Origin: Mobula hypostoma
Taxonomy: Eukaryota
Assembly (NCBI RefSeq): GCF_963921235.1
Contig: NC_086097.1
Span: forward strand, 48,486,001 to 48,550,000
Reading direction: 5' to 3'
DNA length: 64,000 nucleotides
Part shown: piece by piece, positions 50,854 through 62,889 of the stretch
How positions within the stretch are numbered: the first letter of the stretch is position 1
Layout: each line of letters begins with the position of its first letter
Notes under the pieces: generated by a model
What the model was told of the DNA's origin: nothing
The model's input: only the letters and a program-made list of their open reading frames with translations
The model's database searches: none
Position numbers and translations under genes: made by a program

Positions 50854-53640
50854 ACCTCCAAGGTAGTAATCTCTGGATTACTCTAGGTGCCATGAATTAG
50901 AGCAGGTAGGAATGGGATGAAAGCACAGATGAATGAATGTTGAGGAGATGTTGCAGAGTTCAGGGTTTCAAGTTCTTGGATCATTGGAACCTTTTCTGGG
51001 CAAGGGAGGACCTGTACAAGAGGGAAATAGAGGGAAACCTATATCCTGGCCAGGAGGTTTGCTAATGTTACTCAGAAGAGTTTAAACTTGTTTTGCAGGG
51101 TGGGGGTAGGAAGCACCAGGTCAGTAAGTGAAGGATTGGACAGGAAGATAGATATCAGGGAAAGAATTGAAAAGTAAAAATCAAAATAACATGTATTGTT
51201 ATTTATAACATGGATAGTTTGAAGATTGTATATTGTAATGCTAGGCGTATAATGGGTAAAGATGATGAACTTAGAGCATGGATCAGTGCATGAACAATGA
51301 CGTTGTAGCCATTACATGGTTGAGAGAGGGGTAGGAATGGGTGATTAAGGTACCAGGTTTTTGAAGTTTTAGAAATTATAGAGAAGGAGGTAAAAAGGCA
51401 GGGGGTGGAGTTGCACAGCCAGAGACAATATCGCAGCTGTAGTAAAGGGAGACATCATGGAAGGTTCAGACACTGAGTCCATTTGGGGGAACTCCGGAAT
51501 AGGAAGTGTGCAATTACATTGATGGGATTGTACTATAGACCCCTCAATGCTCACCTGGACATTGAAGAATAGATACACAAGCAGAAAAAAGAAATGTGTT
51601 AAAATAATAGGGTTGTTGTCAAGGGGGATTTCAGCTTCCCCAATTTAAACTGAGGCCTTCTTAGTGCAAGGGCAGAATTTGTTAAGTGTATTAGGAAGGG
51701 CTTATTAAATCAATATGTGGGTGGTCCAGTGAGATTAGAGGCTGCACTTGACCTGGTGTTGGGTAATGAGCTTGGCGAGGTGACCGACCTGTCAGTGGGT
51801 GAGCAGTTAGGGAACAGTGACCAAAACTCCTTAATTTTCAAGTAGCTATAGATAATGATATGTAGGGTTCTTGTGGGGGAGTTTTAAATTGGAGTAGGGC
51901 AAATTATGAGAGCATTAGGCTGGAAATAAGTAGAGTTAATTGAGAACATCTTTTTACTGGCAAGTCCACATCAGACGCATGGAGAGTGCTAAAAGATATA
52001 TTGCAGAGTACAGGAAGGATATGCTCTTATCAGAAAGAAGGACAAGGATGGAAAGATAAGAGACCCTTGAATGTCCAGAGAGGTGATGAATTTAGTAAAG
52101 GAGGAAAGGAAAAAGTATGTAAACTTTCAGAAGTTCGGATCATAGAAAGCACATAAGGATTATAAAGAAGCCAGAAAAGAACTAAAGAAGGGAATTAGGA
52201 AAGTCAAGAGAAGCCATGAAAAGTCCTTGGCAAATAGGATTAAGGTGAATCCCAAGGCATTCTATACATACATCAAGAGCAAGAGGACAACTAGGGAGTG
52301 GATAGGACGACTCAAAGGTAAATAGGGAACATTTGTTTGTGCACGGAGAATGTGAATGAGGTACTTAATAAATACTTTGCTTCAATATTTTTCAAGGAAA
52401 AGGACATGGAGGACCATGAGATCAGTGATGAGTGCATAAATATGATATGGCATTTAGAGGTCAAGGAGAAGGAAATGTTAGGCCTCCCAATGAGTATTAA
52501 GGTGGATAAGTTCACAGCACCTTATGATGGAATTTATCCCAGGTTTTTGAAGGAGGCAAGAGACATGGGATTGCTTGGGCCCAGACCAGTATCTTTGTGT
52601 CCTCCCTAGACATAGGTGAGGTCCTGGAGGACTGGTGAGCAGTAGATGTTGTGCACCTATTTAAGAAAGGAATAAGGGAAAATCCTGGGAACTATAGGTT
52701 GGCAAGTCTTACATCAATTATATGGAAATTGCTGGAGAAAATTCTTAGGGATATGATATATGAGCATTTGAAAGCCCGTGGCCTAATTAAGGACAGTTAT
52801 GGATAGTGTAGAAGACTGGCAAAAATATGGCACGGTATAGATCATTTGCAGTTATGGGTAGAGAAATTGCAGATGGAGTTTAATCCAGGCAAGTGTGAGG
52901 TGTTGCACCTTGTTAGGGCAAATGCAAGGAGACAATACACTGTTAAGGGAAGACCCTTAACGTTGCTGAGCGGAGAGGTCTTGGGATCCAAGTTCATAGC
53001 TCCATGACAGTGGCTACACAGGCCAATAGGATGGTAAAGAAAGCTTATGGAATGCTTACTTTTCTTAATCGAGGCACCTTTGTAAAACTCTGGTCAGGCC
53101 AAATCTGGAGTATTGCATAAAGTTCTGGTTGCCCCCCTATAGGAAGGATGATGAGGCTTTGGAGAGGGTGCAGAGGAGGTTTAAACAGGATGCTGCCTGG
53201 CTTAGAGGGCATGTGCTATCATAAGAGGCTGGATAAACTTGGGTTGTTTTCTTTGGAGTGGTGGAGGCTGAGGGGAGATCTGATAGAAGTTTATAAGATT
53301 ATGAGAGGCACAGCAGAGCAGACAGTGAACATCTTTTCCTCAGGGTAGAAATGTCTCATACCAGAGGGCATGCATTAAAGGTAAGGAGGGGGAGATTCAG
53401 AAGAGATGGGAGGGGTAAGTTTTTTTACTCAGAGTGCTGGATGCCTGGAATGCACTGCCTGGTATGGTGGTAGAGGCAAATAATTACAGGCTTTTAAGAG
53501 ACATGAGGAAGATGGAGGGATAGAGTCATTGTGTAGGTAGGAGGGATTTTTTTTGGGGGGGGGTGTTGATTTGCTTTTCATCTGGTTCACTATAACATTG
53601 TGGGCTTGTTCCTGTGCATAATTATGTTCTATGTTCTATC
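50854..53640 (+). mobile_element. Degenerate CR1 LINE (ORF1 esterase end plus ORF2 with the RT core deleted near 52795)
   Basis: [63 protein letters not shown]; tail TATGTTCTATGTTCTA. Confidence 0.88.
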
Positions 53641-53705
53641 TTGCCAACCAGTGAAGTCAGGCTAACTGGCCCACAATTTATTTCCTCTGTCTTAGCTCCT
53701 TCAAG

Positions 53706-54260
53706 GTTCAAAGTAAATTTATTATCAAAGTACATATGTATATGTCACAATATACAACCCTGAGATTCACTTTCTTGTGTGCATTCACAGCAAAGACAAG
53801 GAACACAAAGAAATCAATGAAAGACCATGCCCTACCAGGCAGACAACAATCAATATGGAAAAAATGTGCAAATACAAAAGAGGAAAAAGAAATAATATTC
53901 ATCATCAATCAATAGATAAATAAGCAATAAATATCAGGAAAATGAGATAGAGTCCTTGAAAGTGAGCCACCAGTGGAAACAATTCAATGGTGGGGCAAGT
54001 GAAGTTGAGTGAAGTTACCCTCTGGTTCAAGAGCCTGATGATTGTGGTAACAACTGTTCCTGAACCAGGCTGTGCAGGTCCTGGGTCCCCTGTACCCGCT
54101 TCCTGATGCTAACAGTGAGAAGAGAGCATGGTCTGGGTGGTGGCTATCCCCAACAGCGGATGCTGCTTTGCAGTGATAGTGCACCGTGTAGATGTGCTCA
54201 ATGATGGGGACGGTGTTACCTGCGATGGACTGGGCCAAATCCATTACTTCTTCTAGGGAT
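53706..54260 (-). mobile_element. Rex1/Babar-type LINE 3' end
   Basis: ORF 53984-54304 CKAASAVGDSHHPDHALFSLLASGSGYR; tail AATAAATTTACTTTGAAC on the minus strand. Confidence 0.8.
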
Positions 54261-57185
54261 TTCTTTGTTTTTGTAACTCCAGAAATTAATTGAAAGAAAT
54301 GCATGGGGAGACTGGGATAAACGTGTACTCTTCATTTTTACCTATAGTGAGGTGCACACATATGATATGGTGGCATACTGAAATATGCCATTCACATACT
54401 TTTACATAACCCTTAATTATGTCAACAGAAAAGGATGCTTAATGTCTACAATATTACTGAAGTATTAAATACACAACATTCCTCCCTATTTAGCTATAAG
54501 CTCCAACTCAATAGAAAATGCATCTCAACTAAATACACAGTATACTATATAATACAACATCCATAGCATAGTACATTTTAAATTGTACCATTCAGTCCAA
54601 AAGATTAAATTGCTGTGGAGGATTTATTAATCTTGTGGGATAATGTATTCCTTGGCAGGACAGACTTGAGGCTGTGGAACAATCTCAGGTTCTGGGGCCT
54701 ATTCTGTGTTGGTTGCAGGAATTGACTCAGACTGCAGGATGCGGTTCTGACAGCTCTGGATAGCTTTCTTCTCCTTTCTTCTTCTCACCTACTTTAGCTG
54801 TCTGTTTGGATGGTAAAACAACTCTGAATCCCCTCATAAAGCAACCCCCTTCAAGGCTAGGTTCATCCAGGTGCTGGTAAAAATGGAGGAATTGGAATTT
54901 CTGATGAACATTACAGCCACCTTGGGTTACTACGTAGACTGGAGAATGTGTGGAGTCTTTTCTAGTTTTCCTTTCCATCACATCTACCATAAGAGTGAGA
55001 TTTACAATTTGCACTAGAGAGCAGAAACTTTTTTAGTAAAATTTTCTGGTATTTCCTTTTCCAAGGGTAAACAGGACAATCCATCAGCATTTCCATGATG
55101 AGTCATCCTCTTGAATTTGATCTTGAGAATTGTGCCCTACAAGAAACAGAGCCCATCCCTGCATTCATGCTGTAGCTGCTAGAGGAACTCCCTTCAGTGA
55201 ACTGAAAATGGACACCAGTTTGATGATCAGTAATGAAGGTAAACTTTCTCCCATACAAGTATCGGCTAAAATATTTTACACCCTCAGCCAGACTCTAGGC
55301 CTTTCTGCCAATCTGTGTGTAATTTTTTTTCTCTGCAGAGGTAAGGTAATGTGATGAAAAGGCCATGGGGCGTTCACTTCCATCACTCATTACATGTGAC
55401 ATGACTGCACCTATACCAGAAGGCGAGGCATCACAGGCAAGCTTCATTGGGTGACGTGGATAATAATGTGTGAATACAGTATCTGATGTCACCATTTTCT
55501 TTACCTTTCGGAAAACCACCTCACATTGTTCTGTCCACTGCCATTTCCTCCCGATCTGTTGTAATAAGTTCAAGAGGTTCAGCACAGTAGCCGGGTTTGG
55601 CAGGAACCTGTTGTAGTAATTGACATGTCCTAGTAAGGACTGCAACTATGACATGTCCTTAGGTCTTGGGGCATCCACCATTGCCTGAATTTTCTCAGCG
55701 TATTTGTGCAATTCTTTTGCATCTATAGTGTGAACATGGTAAGTGATGCATGGTTTGAAGAATTCACACTTGATGCATTTTGCTCTGAGCCCATAATCAC
55801 CTAATATTTTTAACACTGTCCTGAGATTTGAGATGTTACTTGTCATCCTTACCAGTAACAAGCATATTATCCAGGCAACAACAAGCATCAGGACCTCCTT
55901 AACTCACCTAGTCCATAGTTTTCTGCCAGACTGCAGGTGCAAATGCTACACTAAAAATAAGCCTATTATAGTGATAAAGCCTATGGTGAGTGTAGCCCCC
56001 GGTAAGCTTCAGGCTCGCTCAGCTCGCTTTCCTCTAGGGGGAGCAGCCTTCAGCCCCGCCAAACTGAGTAATCAAGTTTGTGTAGATGCTGTGTGATGTT
56101 CCCCACTCCGCCAAATAACAGAACAGTACACCATATGCGATTAAATAATTAGTCTTTCTAAGTATTTACTGGAACTATGTAATTAATAGAGATACAATAT
56201 AAAAGGAAAGTAAAAGGCGCTAGACTTATCAAATTTCAACCACTTCGTGCACAACCTTTGGAGCTCAATTAACAGTCTTCTTTCCCCCATTCGATCTTCT
56301 CCGGCCGCCTCGACCCGCTGCCTGGGATCAACCATGGTGGTCGGCCAGATGCTCCACACGAGTCTGTTCTCGTCTCCTCTCCTTGCTGAAGACCCTGGGC
56401 CTCAGACTCTTGCACAGGGTCCGTTCTGTCACCCAGTTTACAGCATCATGTCTCCTCTCTCTGTCCCCATCGCACCTTCTGCCACAAAGCCCACGAAAAA
56501 CAATAGCTTACCAACACACGAATAGTATCTATCCCAATTGGTTAGCAAATGAATACAATTCTCTCTATCAGTAATTACAACCCAAACAAGCGGCTATAGA
56601 GAAGCACTTTCTCAGCAGTTAGCATAACAAAGAAGCCATTCTATTAGCCTTAGCAGTAACATAAAAGAAGAAACCTCTTACATTCTCCCCCCACCAAATT
56701 TAGTCATGTCCTCAACTTCTAAATAACTCACCAACCCTTCCTGCAGTCACAGAAACTCAATCCAGGTACAAACAGTGACATTGCTCCCCAAACAGTGGAC
56801 CTTACGCCCTGTTCCTCAGGCGCTACATAGGCCAAACTATCTGGGAGTTTCCTAATCCTCCGAGACTTCCGTACCCCCTCACCTAAACCCTTCAGGCTCG
56901 GACACTACTGGGGATACCTCGGGTCTGCTTGCCAAATCCTCTCTCAATCTCTCACTCATGCCCCCACTGCAACTCGAGGCCCCCTGTCCCATGTCCAGGC
57001 CCCCACTTCTTTTCCTTCAGGGTCCTGCTGTAACCCAGGATGCCCACAGATAGCCCTCCTCAGTACCCCTGACTCAGTGGCAGAAGGGCCAAAAGTCTCT
57101 TCATCCAACAAGGGAAAGTTAGCGAAAGGCAGCATGTACCACACATCCAGCACATCATCCTTCAAATCCAAACTCTTCCCCATTT

Positions 57186-57620
57186 CCTCAGTTGGTAGCT
57201 GCTGTTTGATTTTCTCCAAACTGAAGCACTTAGCCTGGGCTGCCTCTGCAGCGTCTTCAGCCTCCGGCAATCAAGACGTCAGCATCTTCTTTGGCTCCTC
57301 TGCCTCCAGCCGCAGCTGCAGCACTTCGTGTTCATCTCCATCTGGAATGCAATTACACCACCAGCTTCTTCCAATATGTTCTGGATCGATTTCTTGAGTT
57401 TCTGCTGATCCTTTCAAAGTTTGGTCATTGTTTCGTCTCTCTGGATTAATTCATCAGTAAATGACCGCAGTTTTGGCTCGGAATTCCATTTCCCCGTCTC
57501 CACTTTGACGAGCGTGGACTCCAGTTCTTCAATGGTTGTCCCAAAATTGCAGCCCTCAGTCTCCAGCCTGCATCTCTGAGTGTTCAGTTCAGCGGTGCAA
57601 ATCTCCTCACTCAGGAGCTG
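57186..57620 (-). pseudogene. Captured fragments of class II (sarcomeric) myosin heavy chain rod coding sequence
   Basis: EEICTAELNTQRCRLETE..IEELESTLVKVETGK..EPKLRSFTDELIQRDETMTKL, LEEAGGVIAFQMEMNTK and [34 protein letters not shown] match three separate MYH rod segments in the correct order. Paralogue not determined. Confidence 0.88.
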
Positions 57621-58867
57621 TGACTTTCTCCAGACCTGGCACTCGTCCAAAGAAAGTTTTACTTTGTCAATCCCTAGTCGCCTGGGATCCCTCACTCGCC
57701 TCACTTCATAGTCTCCCAAGGCGAATCCAAACCCTAGGCGATCATCCACATACGCCAAAGCTCCAAACACCTCCACATCTCCCATGGTTTTCCCATGCCC
57801 CACAGGAAGGTTGCAGGGGCTCCAGATATGCCTTGTGGCATCTTTTCAGACCAGAAGAATTCTAGGGGACCTATAAAGGCCGCCTTCTCCTTGTCACCCT
57901 CACTCATTGGGATCTGGCAACATCCACTCCTCAGATCCAGCACATTAAACCACATTGCACCATTCAAACAGGCCATCGCGTCTTCGGCCCTCAGGACTGT
58001 ATACTGGTCAATGAGTGCACCTGTTCAGAGTCCTATAATCCACACGCACACTGCCTATGTCTTCCACGGCTGCAGGGGCCAGTCCAAACAGCTCTCACCC
58101 GGCTCCTCCTGGCAGGCCCCCATGCCTCCTCACCAGTGAGGTGTTGGTCCCCTCCAGAATCGAAACACTGCCCGTCGCACCAGGGTTCAGACACATCAGC
58201 ACTAACGATTCATGACCCTCTGACCCTCACACATTGGCCTCCAAGAACTCCAGTTTCACTGACCAATAACCGTCATCTGGATAATCACTGGCATTGGTAC
58301 CCCAAATCTCCAGTGCCCTTAATGTTTTCAAGGGTAAATGCTTCAGAAACCAGTTGTAAAATGAACTGGACAACAACTTGACCTGCGCCCTGGTGTTGAG
58401 GATGGCTTTAGCATAGCTTCTATCTATCTGTAATGACACTCGAGGGCATGGTCCCTCTAAGCCTTCAGGAATAGGGTCTTTTCCTTTCAGGAGTTCCTTG
58501 GAACATTGCTGGGAACATGATCCCTCAGAGACCCCAAGCTGTTCCCCCACTGGGCCTCCACTAAGTTTCCCGACACCTCTGATCAGCTGAACAACTGAGG
58601 GAGGGGCTGATCCCCTTAAATGATCCCTCTGGCACTGCAAGCAATTTAGCTGCCCCCCTAGCCAGAGAAGATACACAGAAAGGTTTTCCCCAATCTCCTG
58701 ACACAGGTATGGAAAGCCCCCCCAGGTGCTGCATTTTACTTTCAGTTGAATGAAACTCATTTTCCCCCCATTTTCAGATAACTGGCAGCTGTCACTACGG
58801 GGTAATTGAACCTGACAGTTCTAACACTGTCAACAGCCCACCTACTCAAACTCTCAACCAATCCCTG

Positions 58868-59251
58868 TCACTCTCTCTCAACCAAGCACTGCCACTCATC
58901 TAACAACTGAGAGATCCGTTCCGCCCACATCTCGTAGGCCTCCGCTCCTTTAGGGGTGGACAATATCCCAAAAGCCAGGCGGAGCCTACCATAGCTGGAA
59001 CATTTATTTGCCGACACTACCTCCGAATCAGACCACTCTTTCCTCTCTCTCCTAACAGTATGGACAGCCCATGGTCCCGCCTCACCCGGGGCACCAATAG
59101 ACACTGGCCGTCCCACCACCATTTCATCAGCGCTAATCTGAACTCGAACAAAGACCTCTGGGGTACCAACAGCCACCCCACCCAACATGCATGCAGTAAC
59201 AACCAGCAATCCCACAGAGGCACACCAGCTTTCCGTCCCCACAGCATGCAT
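58868..59251 (-). pseudogene. PNMA/Ma-like Gypsy gag remnant
   Basis: ESWC...ACMLGGV N-terminus and [36 protein letters not shown] resemble the YRxLRxFSG..P..GEE.F..W......EW block of PNMA-type gag. Confidence 0.75.
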
Positions 59252-60149
59252 AATTTAAAGAGGGCGATCACACAGCTTCCTACAAAAATCCATATTCCGG
59301 ACGAGTAACCCCACAATGTAGCCCCGTGGTAAGCTTCAGGGTCGCTCAGCTCACTTTCGTCTAGGAGGAGCCACCTTCGGCCCCGCCAAACTGGGTAATC
59401 AAGTTTGAGTAGATGCTGTGTGATGTACCCCACCCCGCCAAATAACAGAACAGTACACCTTATGTGATTAAATGATTACACTAAGTATGTACTGGAATTA
59501 TGTAATTAATAGAGATACAATATAAAAGTAAAAGATGTCAGACTTATCAAAGTTCAACCACTTCATGCACAACCGTTGGAGCTCAATTAACACAGTCTTC
59601 TTTCCCCCATTCGATCCCCTCCGACCCCCTCAACCCACCACCTGGGACCAACCACAGTGGTCGACCAGACGCTCCACACAAGTCTGTCCTCGTCTCCTCG
59701 CCGAAGACCCTGGGCCTTGGACTCCCACACAGGGTCCGTTCTGTCACCCAACTTACAGCATCACGTCTCCTCTCTCTGTCCCCATCGCGCCTTCTGCCCC
59801 AAAGCCCGCGAAAACATTAGCTTACAGACACACAAGAAAGAATAACTTCTATCCCAATGGGTTAGCAAATGAATACAATTCTCTCTATCAGTAATTATAA
59901 CCCAAACAAGCAGCTATAGAGAAGCACTTTCTCAGCAGTTAACATAACAAAGAAGCTATTCTATTAGCCTTAGCAGTAACATAAAAGAAGAAACCTCTTA
60001 CATGAGAAAACTTTGGACTCTTCTTCCATCTCCGATTAGCGCTTATTGTGGGGTCCTTGTTTTGAGAATGATTCATCTTACGGTGCTGCTCGGTCGATCT
60101 ACCAATATTCTGTTGGAATGCCAATGAATAAACTATTATTGGTGCCTCT

Positions 60150-61255
60150 ACAAGGGAGTGTCATTTCTCTGCACCTGGGTGCAGACATTTCTCAGTGCAC
60201 ACCATGACAGTGGGTACCTCAGACTGACAAACAAGAGGTTAAAGATATCAGTGAGCTCTTCAGCCAGTATATAAGCACAGGTCTTTAGTACTCTGCCAGG
60301 TACCCCATCTAGGCTGGATGTTTTCTGTGTGTTCACCCTTCTCAATGAAGCTCTCCCACTGACCTCAGACTGAAATAACAGGGTCAACTGGAATATTGCT
60401 AGTGTCTTCCACAGTGAAGACTATGCCCAACATCTCTATAAAATTACAAAGTTATTACTAAAGTACATATATGTCACCATACATAACACTGAGATTTGTT
60501 TTTTCTGCAGGCATACTCGGTAAATATGAGAACCATGATTCAATCATTGATTGAACCCAAAGGGAAGGGCAAGGAACCGATGTGCAAAAGGCAAGAAACT
60601 GCAAATACAAAAGAAAAAAAGTTAAAAAATAAGCAATAAATAATGAGAACATGAGATGAAGAGCCCTTGAAAGAGAATGCATCGATTGTGGGAACAGTTC
60701 AGTGAAGGTGAGTGAAATGATCCCACTGGATCAAGAGTCCGAGGGGTAATAACTGCTCCTGAATCTGATGGCGCGAGTCCTGAGGCTCCTGCACTGTCTG
60801 ACAGCAGAAGTGAGAAGACAGCATGACCTGGGTGGTGGGGTTCCTTGATGATGGCTGCTGCTTTCCTGTGACAGTGCTCCATGTAGATGTGCTCAGCATA
60901 ACCCGTAATGGACTCAGCTGATTCTACTACATTTTGTAGGCTTTTATATTATGAGACATTGTTGTTTCTATACCAGGCCATGTTGCAACTAGTCACTATA
61001 CTGTACACTGCACATCTACAGAAGTTTACCGATGTTTTAGTTCACGTGCTGTATCTACGCAAACGTTTGAGAAAGTGGAGCCATTGCTATGCTTTCTTCG
61101 CAAAGGCTCTTACATGCTCAACCCCTGACAGATCCTCTGAAATAACACTAAGGAATCTTAAGTTGCTGACCCTCTCCACCTGTGATCCCCCACTGAGGAC
61201 TGGCTCATAGTCTTCTGGTTTCCTCCTCCTGTAGTCAATAATCATCTCCTTGGTG
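60150..61255 (-). mobile_element. Degenerate Rex1/Babar LINE fragments (about 60150-60430 and 60445-61255)
   Basis: LRRVNTQKTSSLDGVPGRVLKTCA..L..ELTDIFNL; HCHRKAAAIIKEPHHPGHAVFSLL; Rex-type 3' UTR. Confidence 0.75.
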
Positions 61256-62469
61256 TTTTAGGCTTTCTTTGTGCATAAAACCAGGGAAGAAAAAGTTTTC
61301 TATAATCATACATCTTAGCTAAGTAGCACGGATTTCAAAATTTCAGTCCTATAATAGTGAATTCTGCGTTAGTTCATTGCATTTGTTTTAACTATATAAA
61401 CATTAAAACTCAAAAAAACCCAAAATGTTGCAAATGCTCAGCAGGTCAAACCATGTATCTGATAAAATGGCTTAAAATTGTAACATTTGCTCTGTTTCTC
61501 TTCTGACAAATACCACCCAACCTTCTGAATATTTACCATTTTACTGTTTTTAGTTAAGATTTCCAAAATCTGCAATTCTTTTTAAAAAATTTTTAAACAT
61601 TCAAACTGGTCTGATAATTATCAGCCACTTTCACTTTAGATATTCCTTAATATTCTCAATATGCTTTGAACTTAGAACTTTTTATTCTGGCAAAATATCT
61701 CAACTACAAACTACAGATGTCATAGAATACAACCACACAAGGTGTAGAACAGTGAAAACAAATGCATTTAGAAAACACTGGGCTTGTCCAGTTTTATAAA
61801 TTTGGCTCTTCTGTTTCTTACTTATAAAGAAGGAAACCTACAGTGAATTCTTTTTTTAAGTATTTCCTATCATATGCTTTTAGAAACATTACAAATGGAA
61901 GGTAAGGATCATGAATTGCCAAAAAAAAAAATCACAAAAAATGTGACTTGGAGAGTAGGTATTTGAACTTAGCCTGATCTTAGAATTGTAATAAAATGCT
62001 TAAGCTAGAGAGAGTCTATCCATATTAATATTATTATTATTAAAACACTTTATTATTGCTGAGGACCCAGCAGCTTCATCCTGAGGTGCACAGTTGACCA
62101 GTGTGTTAACTGGACCAGCCATTTAAACACCACAGCTGTAACAGCAAGCCAGAGGTTTGGCAGCTTCTGTAGAATGACTCACGTTCTCTTCCTAAAATTT
62201 TTCCACCATCATCAAAGCAAAAATCAGGAGTGTGATAGAATAGATTCAGTTTTCCAGGATAACAGCATCTCAATAAGTTTGATGCCATGCAGAATATAAT
62301 GGATGATCGGTTTTGAAGTTCTCACCTGGCACTCCATCCACCATTCTGTTCTTTCATTGTCCCTCTACCACCTACATGCCATAACTACTGTATATACCAT
62401 CCATAAAATGTATTTTAGCAACCTCATGAAAGCTCCTTCAAAAGCACCTCCAGAACTATTGACCTCTTG

Positions 62470-62885
62470 TGTCAGGTTTCAGTGGGACTCAAGTGCAGAC
62501 CAATGAATACTTTTTCACCAGGATTTATTAAGGACCACAAAGGCAACAGTCTTTCAAAAACAGAAGGCAGGCACAAATCCAAAATGGCAGGCAGAGGTCT
62601 TACCCAGGAAAGGCAGTCAGGCAAGGGCAGACAATCCAGAGCACACAGGCAAAAATCAGGTCCAAGAACGGGCAAAATCCAAAGCACAGAATCAGACAAA
62701 ATCAGTTGGCAGAAGTCACAATAACAGACTAGGACAACACAAGTCAGAACTGGGATGAACTGGCAGAGGATGCTAGTCAAGTTGAGGTTTAAATGGACAG
62801 GGTAATGAGTGAAAATTAGAAACAGGTGGGTGCAAATGAGGAGACAAGCAGGTAGTTGGAGGAAGTCCAAAAAAGGAAAGGGGCT
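62470..62885 (-). mobile_element. Probable Gypsy LTR fragment, cut by the following LINE
   Basis: Starts TGTCAGG; AATAAA on the minus strand near 62525, GGCAG/CAGG-rich body, TTTAAA and CAGGTG elements. No second LTR in the window. Confidence 0.5.
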
Positions 62886-62889
62886 GGGT

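Larger units (their letters stand above)
55991..60002 (-). mobile_element. Non-autonomous Ty3/Gypsy LTR element with PNMA-like gag, protease and RT remnants, and captured myosin sequence
   Basis: LTRs 59317-60002 (5') and 55991-56682 (3'), both TG..CA and roughly 90% alike by eye; TSD TGAG; PBS-like TGTGGGGTTACTCGTCCGGAAT resembling tRNA-Pro; [38 protein letters not shown] and YVDD; no RNase H or integrase core. Confidence 0.95.
54272..60032 (-). mobile_element. Old truncated Ty3/Gypsy element (RT, RNase H, 3' LTR about 54272-54478), host of the nested element
   Basis: QSLLGHVNYYNRFLPN and KLACDASPSGIGAVMSH; PPT-like TAGGGAGGAA next to the LTR; RT sequence EMEEESKVF...GLYHYNRL continues across the 55991-60002 insertion. 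Confidence 0.85.

Noticed and set aside
50528..50900. RGG-rich and Pro/Ser-rich ORFs
   Set aside because: Translations of the (GGGGGAGA)n array.
57186..57620. Exons of a resident myosin gene
   Set aside because: No splice sites between blocks, two stops and a frameshift, and the segment lies wholly inside an LTR element bounded by a TSD.
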